Of a DNA stretch of 64,000 nucleotides, positions 1 through 11,971 are shown in pieces. Source of the DNA: Hormiphora californensis (lineage: Eukaryota > Animalia > Ctenophora); the NCBI GenBank assembly GCA_020137815.1, contig CM035353.1:7688001-7752000 (forward strand), read 5' to 3'. The stretch's first letter is position 1. Each line of letters opens with the position of its first letter. The notes under the pieces were generated by a model. The model searched no databases. It was not told where the DNA came from and was given only the letters and a program-made list of their open reading frames with translations. Position numbers and translations under genes: made by a program.

Positions 1-727
1 CATAGCCACTTACAAACCCAACCAAACTTCGCGCTCAATGTTCACTCACAATACGCGCGTCATGTTACACTCAGTGCGCGTTAATTAGCGCCGATACCCC
101 TGCAGAAAGAGCTGTGTCGATGGCGCGTTACGTTAAGTGATGTTGAATGTTGAGCAATCACTAATAACACATCGTCATCACCGAATTCCTCTCAAATGTT
201 CCAGAACTATAGACCATGAGTCTCTTTCTCTCCCAGCGAGAGAGAGAAAGGGACTCAGCGCCATAGTTACCACATACCCGGGTTGGTATGGAGGTTTGCT
301 GAGCGTACCCCATGGTTTAGTGACAAACAAACAAACAAACAAACAATCGTCATCACACCCAATGAGAGAGAAAATAAAAATAAGGGATTTGGTTGTCAGA
401 AATCAACAAAAGAAAGATGTGACATATTTGTACAATTTCAAATAATCAAGTTAAAAGCTCAACAACTGTACCATACGTTGTAACAGATTTATAATTGTAA
501 CACTCTCACATCTAGATAAAAGAATAGTTAACGTATACCAGACACGTTAATCACTGAAGCTTTAGTGTTGCCGAAGCAGGCATAAAAAGTTTTTAACTTG
601 TAAAATAAACATCACTTTCATCAAATTGTCATTTGCTCGACCCTCTCTGTCAGTAGGGCTAGAACAACTAACTAATTATCTTGTCTCTCTGAGTACAACA
701 ACTAACTAATATGGATCAAGACACCTC

Positions 728-3700
728 TTAATACCTCATACCTGGTTTTTTGAACACCAAATCATCTTCATCATCACTACTGTCATAGTCTTTCAACAGT
801 TTCTGGAACCCTGACCTGTCTACCCCGTCCCTGGACTGGCCTCCACCCCTACACCTTACCACTACAACTATAGCTAGATAGGTGACTGGGAACATCCCTA
901 CAATAGCCAGTAAGATAACTACAGAGACTGGGATCTGAGTACTGGATATCTTCCGTAGTATTGTCTTAGTAAGAGAGTTATCTTTAGTATCAGGGGTAGG
1001 AGGGGCAACTGAGGATGGGATAAATCTCCATACTTTATAGGGAGCTGCTATCTCTCCGGCAAATAACCCAAAGCTTTTCAGGTGTGTTATGGAGTGAGGT
1101 GTGTTCAGTGGAGAAGGGGAGGAAGGGGATGCTGCCTTGATCGTACCTGGAACAATATATGGTGTTATTTTGTGATTATATCCCTCTCTTATCAAGCTAT
1201 GTCATCTCTTTCACCCCCAGTTTCTGTATTACCATTCTATTACCTGTTGCAGGATCGATAGTCATTATTTTGCTCTCCCTATACCCCCCATCAGTGACGT
1301 TAACAGCAAAGAGTGCTGGAGGGTCAGTAGAGAAATCGACGCTATATACTGATCCAGGAATAGGGTAGACCCTGGTAAAGTTACCAGATATGTAGTTCAG
1401 TACATGGACCTGTAGGGGGACACGGGGGTGTGTGTTAGGAGGATGATAAAGATAGTTAGGAAGGATTAGAAGAGATTTAAGTATGATATATTCACCAGGA
1501 ACCGACCGAAACAAGTAAACAACCAATTAGAACTCGTTATTTAGGTCACGTGACTGGTAATCAGCCAATCAGGGACCAGTATTTCCTGATTCGGTCGGTT
1601 CCTGATATTCACCTGTCCGTTTTCCCTATCAGCAACATGTATCTCATGGTGTATAGGGTCGATGGTCAGGTCGTGTACCAACCCCATGATACCAGGCTGA
1701 AATTAGGTGTCAGCATTAGGTGTCAGCATTAGGTATCAGCACTCACCATTAGGTGTCAGCATTAGGTGTCAGCATTAGGTGTCAGCATTAGATGGCAGCA
1801 TTAGGTGTCAGCATTAGGTGTCAGCATTAGGTGTCAGCATTAGGTGTCAGCATTAGGTGTCAGCATTAGGTGTCAGCATTAGGTGTCAGCATTAGGTGTC
1901 AGCATTAGGTGTTAGCACAGTGTTGGAACTACACATCAGTGAGAGGTATAAATTGAAACATTACCTTTCCCTTCTCTGTCCCTGATTCTCCATACTGAGC
2001 AAGGTATTTCCCCGTGTGATCAAACTTAACAACCCTACTGTTACAGTACCCATCAGAAACGTAGATGTTACCAGCAATATCAACCACCTGTACACATTTG
2101 ACATTGGTAGAGACTAGAGCAGGAACCGACCGAAACAAGTAAACAACCAATCAGAACTCGTTATTTCGGTTGGTTCCTGAACTAGAGGATTAACCAGTTT
2201 TGAATGGGGTGTATAGCAACAACTAGCAACAACTAGCAACAACAACTATTACACGTACCACAGAGGTTGGTTTACAGAAGTGGGTCGAATCAGACCCTGG
2301 GTGATACTTGGAGCCCAGAATTAGGGATGGTTTACTCCACTCTCCCTTATTAAACTTGTATACCTGGTGGGGGAGATGTATCAGGAAGTGGTAGGAAGGT
2401 AGCTATTGTCTGAACATTGGGCAATATAACACATATTATGGAGTAGTCAGTTGTGGGAGGGGACATTGGGGGATGTACTGACCTGGTGTAATGCAACATC
2501 AGTCAGGTAGACATTGTCCTCAGAATCAAGGTAGACCCCGTGAGGCATTATAAACAGATCCTTACCAAAGGAGTCCTCTATCATTCCTATAATGGTGGTC
2601 ACTGGTCAGTATGAAACACACTATAAAACACCTTCCCTTACTCAACCCTCTCTGGAACAACAAACACAACATGACAACTAACCAGTCTCTGGGTTCACAA
2701 ATAGGACGGTATTCTCCTTGATGATCTCTGTTTTGAATAACACGTTGTTGCTCTGATCAAACCACTGTTTAGATGACCAATCATTGGATCCTCTGTGGAA
2801 CACCTGCGGAGAGGGATGTGTGTTGGAACTCCTGAGAGTTGTAGAAGGGTGTTGTGTTAGATCCTGTTAGAATTGTATTAGATGGGTGAGTTGTAGTAGA
2901 CTACTGCCATGCTACTCCTAGTATGTACTAAGTATCTACTATCTCATTTCTTACCACTAGTTGGTCCTGCTGAGTGTTGTGAGATAGTCCACCCACTTGC
3001 CCAATAGCAGAGGAGAGAGACCAGTTGCTGCTGACTTCGTATCGGTTAGCAAGGGGATCTAGAGAGGAAGGGTTAAGTAGATGGGGGATCTAGAGAGATA
3101 GAGGATGGGTCAGATAGCGGATCTAGAGAGATAGAGGAAGGGTCACATAGCGGATCTAGAGGGATAGAGAAAGGATTAGATAGGGGATCTAGAGGGATAG
3201 AGAAAGGATTAGATAGGGGATCTAGAGAGATACAGAGAAAGGGTCACATAGGGATCTAGAGAGATATAGAGGAAGGGTCAGATAGGGGATCTAGAGAGAT
3301 ACAGAGAAAGGGTCACATAGGGATCTAGAGAGATATAGAGGAAGGGTCAGATAGGGGATCTAGAGAGATAGAGAGGAAGGATTAAGTAGATAGCGGATCT
3401 AAAAGGATAGAGAAAGGATTAGATAGGGGATCTAAAGGGCTCAGTCAACTATTATATTATAGCAAGGCATGTTTACCCCACTCATCCTTCCTATCTACAA
3501 CTTGTTACCTGTAATGCGAGCGTAGCGAGGGACAGTGAACCGTTTACTTCGAAAGCACCCATCATCATTGTATCTGAAACAGGGGGGGGGGGGGTAGTGG
3601 TAATCAGAGAGATCATGGGCAACAATGAAGTAGAAGATCACATTTGCCAGCATTCAGCAACATTATATTATTCTTTCATGGTCTTCTTATTTTGTTACCT

Positions 3701-5719
3701 GAAAAGTGATAACCTCTTTTCCCTCCCACTCCCACTCTTTTCCCGTTTAGTTAGGAGAGGTAACATGCGCTCAAACCTGAACAAAGAGGCATTGACACTG
3801 TACATCAGATAGAAATTACACATCTCGTCCTTCCCAGTACTGCCGATTGTGGTTCTAGTGTCCCTGTCTGAACTATCAAATACACACCGGGCATGCACCA
3901 TATCACCTGAAGTAGATGGGGGAGTGAGTTAGACACGGTGTGATGGGGGAGTGAGTTAGACACGGTGTGAAGGGGGAGAGAGTTAGACACGGTGTGAAGG
4001 GGGAGTGAGTTAGACACGGTTTGATGGGGGAGTGAATTAGACACGGTGTGATGGGGGAGAGAGCTAGACATGGTGTGATGGGGGAGTGAGCTAGACACGG
4101 TTTGATGGGGGAGTGAATTAGACACGGTGTGATGGGGGAGAGAGTTAGACACGGTGTGATGGGGGGGGGAGAGAGTTAGACATGGTGTGATGGGGGGGAG
4201 TGAGCTAGACACGGTTTGATGGGGGAGAGAGTTAGACACGGTGTGATGGGGGAGAGAGTTAGACACGGTGTGATGGGGGAGTGAGTTAGACACGGTGTGA
4301 AGGGGGAGAGAGTTAGACACGGTGTGAAGGGTTGGGTTGGAGTGTGAGAGACACCGTCACCTCTCTAGAGGGCATCGCGGGCTTCGTTTTACCGTGCTAT
4401 GCGCGGGAGTTGTAAGGGTGACTGCGTCACCAACACTATTTAGACTCAGGACTACAATACGTACCTTCTGATATGAGCGTCTTCTCCCCCTCAATCAGAT
4501 AGAACATCTGAGGTTTGCGTGGGTCTCCAGTTCCTATTAGTTCCCACCTGCCCTCCCTCTCTCTCCATGCTGAGACCCTTCTTCCCAGTGTATGGGTATG
4601 GGTCCTGAATGCAAAGGGTTCTATCGTGTTCTTGCCCTGAAACACGCACCTCCAGTTACATTAGTTAGTTACACTGGTTACATAATGCTACATACAGCTC
4701 AGGTCTAGTTACACCCCTTTGTATTGGGTATAACAAGCTGTGAAGTATTGGTCTGTACTAAATCTGGTGATATCCCATACCTTGAACTCGCAGGACAGGT
4801 CTGCGTTGATGATAGAGTGGGGTGGAATAACAGTGGCACCATCTGCAAACAGGTAAATACCTGCCAACCTAGCTGGCTGCTCTTTTGTCACTACCAGATT
4901 CACACCTGCATAGTATAGAGCGTGTTAAAACCAGATCAGTATTATATCCTTACAGTGTTTTAATTCAGTCCACTAGAGGGTATGTTTCGAGTTAACACTC
5001 ACCAGATCAGTATATCCTTACAGTGTTTTAATTCAGTCTACTACTTACTAGAGGGTATTTCGAGTTAAAACTCACCGGATGAGTCAGGGTCTGCCACTAC
5101 GTGTTTGTAATGTATCTGCATAGCTATGTAGTTGATATTAGCATCCCTCCCAACCTTGAACCCAATCCCATCGGGCAGTTCAAACTTAGGAGCATCCAGC
5201 GCCCAGGCCCACAGGATAGTTGTTATTTTGGAGTCATATTTGCAGATACCTCCCATCCCCTCAAACTCGGACCAGTATTCTTTATCATGCGCTATCTCGG
5301 TACACCCGTATAGTAACAGGTGGTGTACTTTATCAGAGGACGCCTGGGAAGGGGTTGTTACAATCTTTATAGAGAGGGGACACTAGTTAGTAACAACTAG
5401 TAACGGGCGGGGGGGGGCAGTAACAAACTGAACTACGTACTTACCACAGCTTCGAATCCTAGAATATAAATCTCATCTTCAGTTATCTTGAAGGGGCGGA
5501 CTAGATATGAATCATGGGTTGTCGTCTTGACATCTACAAAGGGGGGGGGGTTAGTGTTAGTTTGGTTTGGGAGAAAACAGCCCTATTCTAGTATCCCCTT
5601 CTAAATTTGGAAGACTATATTTGTAGTGTGTTGCACATACCTGGCATTCTAATCTCTAGTTTCTCTGATAGAACATAAGGGATGAGAACCAGGAGAACTG
5701 CTAACAGATCCCGTGACAT
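728..5719 (-). CDS. PAM: Bifunctional peptidylglycine alpha-amidating monooxygenase (signal peptide-PHM-PAL-TM-cytosolic tail), 15 exons, about 717 aa
   Basis: Phase-consistent GT-AG exons: 5641-5719, 5445-5533, 5076-5343, 4781-4905, 4465-4636, 3777-3906, 3509-3573, 2955-3058, 2683-2803, 2483-2586, 2259-2363, 1965-2087, 1613-1696, 1244-1409, 728-1146. Signal peptide MSRDLLAVLLVLIPYVLS. PHM motifs IRMP, VHHLLLYGC, LWAWALDAP, MQIHY, FRTHTH, DEMCNFY. PAL motifs FHRG, MPHG, FCKPT, DGYCNSR, ADRENG, PHSI. TM helix and acidic tail. Exon 6 has an alternative in-phase donor at 3699. Confidence 0.93.
1496..1604. mobile_element. About 109-bp MITE with CAGGAACCGACCGAA TIRs and 8-bp TSD (hAT-like)
   Basis: TIR caggaaccgaccgaa...ttcggtcggttcctg; TSD ATATTCAC at 1488-1495 and 1605-1612; related copies at 2120-2179 and about 30842-30948. 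Confidence 0.8.
1703..1917. repeat. 13-bp intronic minisatellite (attaggtgtcagc)n
   Basis: About 16 direct copies abutting the 3' splice site of PAM exon 13. Confidence 0.9.
2120..2179. mobile_element. Internally deleted copy of the CAGGAACC MITE
   Basis: Same termini; flanks gactagag and aactagag form a near-TSD. Confidence 0.7.
3052..3440. repeat. Degenerate roughly 30-bp minisatellite (gatagggggatctagagagatagag...)
   Basis: Direct repeats; the minus-strand unit contains ctctctag|ATCCC, which matches the acceptor and start of PAM exon 8. Confidence 0.8.
3915..4330. repeat. 27-bp minisatellite (gagttagacacggtgtgatggggga..)
   Basis: About 15 copies in PAM intron 5; explains the spurious ORF 3805..4320. 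Confidence 0.9.
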
Positions 5720-5860
5720 GATCTAGGAGCTAGAACAATGTGTTAGTTGTTGTGGGTAGTAGTCAGACAAATATAGGCTGGGGGTTTAGAAAACCTGAAA
5801 ATCAATAAATAACATGGTATAAAAGAATAAAACGCGTTATGATCCGACCCTCCTTTACAC

Positions 5861-5892
<32 letters not shown>

Positions 5893-5909
5893 GAGGTCGA
5901 ACAACTCTT

Positions 5910-7673
5910 CTAGTTGTATGAGTTAGCGACATGTTTGGGTACAAAGTTAAACTGATCTGGAACCTTGCCGAGCAACATTTCAGTTATTTTGATCCAGTCT
6001 GATGATTTGGCAGAACACATCAGGGTTTCCAGGTCGTCCCTCCCAAAGTATGTGGGTGGTCTCTCATTGATTCTCTGTGGTAACACCTCTAGTAGACCCA
6101 CTGGTATATACCGGTACAGGAAGGAGAGCCACTCCAACAGGAAGTGTCGACACTTCTCAACCCCCGCTATATCAGTTCCCCAGTGCTCCAACCCGTAGTC
6201 TCTGAATCTCTTCAACATGTCAAGTCTCTCGGAGGATGAGATATCGATATGTCTCTGCTCCTTGATCTCCTGGAATATCCAGGGTTTAATAAGGGCACCT
6301 CTACCTATCATAACCCCATCTGCCTGCTGTAGCCTGGTGTTATAGTCCTCATAAGACAGCACATCCCCATTACCAAATAGTGGTACCGGCTGACACACCT
6401 CCCGGCACTGTGATACATAGTCCCAGTCAGCGTGTTTGGTATACCTCTGCTGTCTTGTCCTACCATGCATCGCCAAGTGTGAAACCCCTGTTTTACTAAG
6501 TCTCTCACACAGTGCCTTGCCAGTGATGTTTTTCTCACTAGTCCCTATCCGCACCTTGACAGATATAGGAACACTAGACACCGCCACCATCGCCTCCACC
6601 ATCTGTTCTAGTCGGACTGCCCTGTCCATTAGGGCACTGCCAGCCCCCTTATTATAAACCAGATCTATGGGACACCCCACATTGAGGTCAATGAAGTCAA
6701 CATCACACTCACTACTAATCAGTTCAACAGTTTTAGCTACTTTCAGAGGGCTGTTAGCACAGATCTGTACCCCAAATATATTCTCTGTATGATGCCTCTT
6801 CATTAGAGCCCACTCACTAGCGTTACCTTGTAATAGATCCTCGCATAGTGCCATCTCTCCACATGTTACATCAACCCCATACTCCTTACAAACCCGTCTA
6901 AACGGGAGGTTACCGACTGTAGTTAGAGGGGCCAGGAATGTCTTCCCCCTGATAGCATCCCCTAGAGTCTTCCTTGGTTTGCTACTCAGACAATAGTACT
7001 CATCCCTTACTTCCTCAAACACTGCTTTGGTTGTGATAGGTTCCTCAGACACCTGATCTCCTTCAGGGCTCTCAACCTTAGCCCTCTTGTTTTCAGGGCT
7101 CTCAACCTTAGCCCTCTTGTTCTTGGTCCTGTGTTGCAGTAGCTCATTTGATATCTGAATCCCTGCATTCTCTAGGTGAGTGTAACTGGAACCAAACCAA
7201 ACCTTCTTACCCCTCAGATACGAGTGGAGGTCTTTTGAAAGTGTCTTCTTCACTTCATATATCTTCATTTTCTCCCATTTCTCTTCATCAACAATAGAGT
7301 TCAGTTCTGCATCAAGATGTTTAGAACCGTACCTACAGGCGATACCATAACTACACTTCCCAAACTTGTTGAATATAACACACTCCTCCCCCAGATCGCA
7401 TCCCTTTATCTCCAGAAACTGTTTCTTATCGTGAATCTTCTTACACACTTGACTGGTGATACCACACTCCTCGTTACGAATCACAGAGGGACACAGACGA
7501 TTAGATAGGAGCTGTCTGAAGGGCTGACGACGGTTCTTGTTCTGACCTCCCTTCCTCTTCTTTTTCTTCTTCTCCCCTGGCTCTAGGTCTTTATCATCAT
7601 CAGGGATAGGTTCCCGTGGTACTATGTACTGAGAGTACACAGGGGCCTCACCCACACGGCGGGTTACCATCAT
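5910..7673 (-). CDS. DUS3L: tRNA-dihydrouridine(47) synthase DUS3-like, single exon, 587 aa
   Basis: N-terminal CCCH-type fingers. Dus domain motifs LAPLTTVGNLPFRR, TCGEMA, FGVQI, IDLNVGCP, MHGRTRQQRY, GNGD, MIGRGALIKPWIF, LEHWG, LLEWLSFLYRYIP, FVPKH. Confidence 0.95.
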   Translation of the reverse strand: MMVTRRVGEAPVYSQYIVPREPIPDDDKDLEPGEKKKKKRKGGQNKNRRQPFRQLLSNRLCPSVIRNEECGITSQVCKKIHDKKQFLEIKGCDLGEECVIFNKFGKCSYGIACRYGSKHLDAELNSIVDEEKWEKMKIYEVKKTLSKDLHSYLRGKKVWFGSSYTHLENAGIQISNELLQHRTKNKRAKVESPENKRAKVESPEGDQVSEEPITTKAVFEEVRDEYYCLSSKPRKTLGDAIRGKTFLAPLTTVGNLPFRRVCKEYGVDVTCGEMALCEDLLQGNASEWALMKRHHTENIFGVQICANSPLKVAKTVELISSECDVDFIDLNVGCPIDLVYNKGAGSALMDRAVRLEQMVEAMVAVSSVPISVKVRIGTSEKNITGKALCERLSKTGVSHLAMHGRTRQQRYTKHADWDYVSQCREVCQPVPLFGNGDVLSYEDYNTRLQQADGVMIGRGALIKPWIFQEIKEQRHIDISSSERLDMLKRFRDYGLEHWGTDIAGVEKCRHFLLEWLSFLYRYIPVGLLEVLPQRINERPPTYFGRDDLETLMCSAKSSDWIKITEMLLGKVPDQFNFVPKHVANSYN

Positions 7674-7960
7674 GGTTACCTAGTAGTAGAGAGGGGGGTT
7701 ACCATGGTTACCTAGTAGTAGAGGGGGGGGGGTTACCATGGTTACCTAGTAGTAGAGAGAGGGGAGGAGAGGAGGATATATGGAGGAGATAACACACTTC
7801 ATATAAACAGTTAATAATTTAATTAAATAATTAACAAATAATCATGGAACAACAAATAACATAACACACCCGATTTACATCTTTAGTTCCCCTAAAAACC
7901 ACCGTGGGCCAAGTCGCATTATCAATTAGGGTCGTTTGAGTCAGTTTAGACACAATTTCA

Positions 7961-9462
7961 CTATTTCATCTTGGTTGCACTATCAATATCATCATATTCC
8001 TCCATCAGTCCATCCATCTCCCCAATATGTCTCCTGCCCATCCTGCCTCCACCCTCCTCACCCTGCCAACCTAACCTCACCATCACCATAGCAACCAACA
8101 CTGTTGCCATTATCACCAGGGTGATAAGGTAGGGGTGTGTTGTAAAGAATGCCCCCACTACTGCTGCCCAGGTATCTAGGTTGGGGTGGGCAGATACATC
8201 TCCAAAGTGGGCAGGGGTAGAGCACTGCCCAACACTGTCACCCTCTCTATCAGTAGGTACCATTATTAGGAGGGTCAGTAGACATGTCTCCTTGCTGGGT
8301 GCCCGGTAGGGGGTGATGACAGGAGGCAGGTTGTTAGGGGTGTAGTCAAACTGACACCGTACCTTCAGTACCTCCCCTGACTGGATCCGTATCGGTGTGT
8401 CGAATGTGTGAATCTGATGGGAGTCAGTAATCCTGGTAACTAGGATGTCACGTGACTTCACTCTCTTAGTGTTGGTGATGGCAGTCTGGTTATTCCTCCA
8501 CAGTATAACACTTTTACCATGCTGACCCAGGTCAGTATACACCCCATATATCATGAACCCAGCACCAATCTGGCACCTTGTATCCACATTGAATAGAGTG
8601 TGGGTGTTGGAGGGCCGGGATACAGTCCTGTGGAATTGGTAGTTGCTCTGCCGGAATTTAGGCTTTGTGAAACAGTCCCTGAATGTCACCTTTACATCTT
8701 TGGGTCGTAGTGAGATGGTGTTCTTGTACTGGTTGGGGTTGTAGAACTTGACAAGCCGAGCAACTAGGAAATGAACATTAGCGTCGTATCTGAAACGGGG
8801 AGATTATGATCAGAAGGCTTTAAAATACTCATCATTAGGACAACGACAATTCTAGTGTGTACTGGATTAAATGGGAGAGAGTTTAAAAATGCAGACATAA
8901 CAACCTCATCATATAATGTGCATGAATCAAAATGAATATTATTCTCTCTCTCAACTCATCCTACCCTCCCCCTCTCTGATCCCCATCTCCCATATCTGAT
9001 CCCTATCTCCCCTCTCTCCCACTGCTACCTGATCATTCTCTCACCAGTCACCAACCCCGTCTCCCCACCCTCGTCACCCTCTTCCCACCATCTCCTCACC
9101 CTCCTCTCACAACTCACCCTACCCTCCCCCTCCCCCTCCCCCTCCCTGATCCCCATCTCCCATCTCTAATCTCCATCTCCCCTCTCTCCCCTGCTATCTG
9201 ATCATCCTCTCACCAACCCCCCTCTCCCCACCCTCTATCTCTTAACTCACCCGACATGAACCCCAGTATTGGGAGGTAGGTTCTGAACAGCCTGTCCATT
9301 GTACCAGGCCCACAGAAGGGTGTGTGTCCCTCCTCCACAATGTCTTGGGTTTAGTTCCGTATCAGGAACTAGATCCTCTCTAGGTCCTGAGGTAGCGAGG
9401 TGGATACAGGCCGTTTATATATATTGAGTGTGTTGCAATCAAACTAAACCACACCTGGCCCC

Positions 9463-9540
<78 letters not shown>

Positions 9541-11512
9541 GGAGAGAAACATTCGAGAGTGGCCGTGGTGAGGGAAACAGTCAACAAAGAGAGATAGAGA
9601 GAGGGACGTGGGGGATGGGGCAACATAGTGAGATAGAGACAGAGAGGGATGGGGCAACAAAGAGAATGTAACACACGAACTATTGAGGTGAACTATCATG
9701 TGGTAGGTTGCACAATACCCCCATTCTAATCACACGACTAGTCTAATACACGTGTGTCATGTGCAGTGTGTACTGTGTATAACACTACCACTACATAATA
9801 TGATGTCAGGCACTGTAATATCGCGCTGTTTCTCTCCTCACCGGGCCTTCAGTCCGGTTTGGAGAGTGCGGTCTTTTGTGAGACAATAAACATTTGGAGG
9901 GCCGGACAGGGGGGCCTACATCACGTGAGGGGCTTGAATCACGTGAGGGAGGAGGACATTACATACCCTTCACGAGTTTGCTACACCCGTACAGCTCCAC
10001 TCTACTCATGGTATTGTCCCAGTCGAGTATGTTGAAGTTAGATAGATAGCTACTTGCCATATCTGCATACACACCTGAAGGAATGTGTGATATATATGAG
10101 GCATAAACTCTGGCCACTGGCGCGTTATTTCAGATAACTTTCTCCCAGCGCGCCGCTGGGAGAAGTTAGCTGGAGTTTATCCGCCGCTGGCGGATAAACT
10201 GGTTTAAATCACGACGACGATCCCGAGGCTTAGCCGAGGGAGAGGCGGAGGGGTTTAAACCTATAACGTGCCAGTGGTCAGAGTTTATGGGTTATATACC
10301 CTGCTTTAGTTGTTTATTTCAAGTATTACACACCAACAAGAGAGAGAACACTAATCAAAACACACAAAGAGAACTGAGAAATAGTTAAAAACACGTCACA
10401 ATTGAGTGTACACTGTTTGGTAACAGTTACTAAGCAGTTGCTAAGGAAAGAGAGTGAAAGAAATAGCCTGATAAGGGGCATGTCACAAATAACACAGAGA
10501 AAGAGATAGTGAGACAAAAGGGGAGATAAAGAGAGAGTAATTGACGGAATGTGTCCTTTCTTTCTCTCCAATGTAGTGTGTAAGTGTTGCACATAGTGTT
10601 CCCTCTGTATTTTAGTAAGAACTGATCATTTACACACACTTTGAATGTTACGTAGGAGTTAAAAATAAATAACCTGCCAGTGGGAAATAATCTGCCGCTG
10701 GACTGGCTGTTTACTGAGAGCGCGCTAGTGGGACTTCTCGCCACTGGCGCATTATTTAAGTTAGCAGGGTATATAACATTATAACGCATTGTTTCTAGTG
10801 TGTGACGTGCATTGTTTCTTGGACACAAGGAAATGAGAGATGAGTATTGAATCTCTGAGCACTGATTCTATTTCAAGAGACACTTATTATTATTAGTTGT
10901 TCCATATCTGGTTTGTTTACCTCCAAAGGCAGGTGACACTGCAGCCACATGTATGTTCACATAGTGTTCCTCACAATCATGGTGTCGTGCTGCTAGTCTT
11001 TGCATCATTTGATACAGTTTAAACAGAAGGAAAGTTTTCACCATATCTCTCTGTCTATCTCTCTCCTTCTGTCTCTCCTCCTTGAGAGCCTGGAGGTGAT
11101 CCTTCAGCAGTGACACACTCACAGCCACCTCCTTATTGCCTGATGATGCGGGGGGAGGTTTAGCTATCTGTCCCTGTAAAGTACTGTGCTGTTTGTTGTC
11201 TTTGTGAACCACGTTGAACTGTTTAACTGTGTGTCTTGTCTGTTTGTGTGTTGGGTCTGGAATTACAACCCTCTTCTTCTTGTGTTGTTTGTTGGTAGGT
11301 TTGTCTGTCCGTCTGGTGTGTCGGGGAGGGGCAGGTATTTGGTTTCCCACCTTTACATCAACCTTCAGATTCTTGGCGTTGTTAAGGATGGCTTTAGCTG
11401 AGGAGCTCACTACTGGTGGTGGGGGAGCTGGTTTAGCTGGGGGAGGAGGAGGAGGTGGGGGTTCCAGGAGTTGGGCCACTGACACACTAAACAATAATAC
11501 CATCAACATCAT
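7961..11512 (-). CDS. PHM-fold type I membrane protein lacking all copper ligands (putative pseudoenzyme), with a Pro-rich/basic/coiled N-terminal extension; 4 exons, about 554 aa
   Basis: Exons 10921-11512, 9967-10074, 9251-9386, 7961-8789 join in frame (phases 1,1,2) with no stops. Signal peptide MMLMVLLFSVSVA. PHM landmarks VELYGC, LLWAW..LPPNTGVHVG, GEVLKVRCQFD, KETC. TM PYLITLVIMATVLVAMVMV. Confidence 0.8.
10100..10780. mobile_element. Hairpin-rich non-autonomous repeat with paired inverted repeats (family also at about 56.67-57.29 kb)
   Basis: IR pairs ataaactctggccactggcgcgttat/ataacgtgccagtggtcagagtttat and gttatataccctgct/agcagggtatataac; nested hairpins; shares blocks with 56700-57120. 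Confidence 0.6.
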
Positions 11513-11971
11513 GGCTATAGGGAGAGGGAGTATATACCGTTAGTTGTTAGGTGGAGGGAGGGGGTCTTGATGGGGGCAGTTGGGGTGATAACGATTAATA
11601 AACTGATTAAATGGACAAATAAATACAGTTAAACAATTTTCAAATTCACGTCAGCCAGAAACCATGCTACCTTCTTGGCCAGTGCATACAAACAATAACT
11701 ACTTTTTTTAAGTCAGAGCACAAAAATACACACAATTAAATAATGCCTTTCACTTTTATACAAATACTCGGGGGGTGAATAAACAACCTTGCTAATTTGG
11801 CTACAATAAAATACATGGCTGTTAAAATGTTATTGAGATTGTAAAAATCAGTCATTGAGAACCACGTTAAATAAACGTGAAGTACCGAGCAAGAGAGTAT
11901 TAACTGTCCAGCTATAGTAGCACTTGTAGGACCTGTATTTCAATAAGAGTGCTTGTAGGAGGACCAGTATT

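Noticed and set aside
1147-1243. Stop at 1197 suggesting a broken PAL domain
   Set aside because: It lies in a 97-nt GT-AG intron; splicing restores the frame.
9842-9915. Possible extra exon of the PHM-like gene
   Set aside because: It has AG/GT borders but by my count is 74 nt, which would shift the frame; the flanking exons join in frame without it.
10868-11512. Standalone secreted neuropeptide precursor beside the amidation enzymes
   Set aside because: No Gly-Lys/Arg amidation sites or repeated peptides; a phase-1 donor at 10920 joins it in frame to the PHM-like exons.
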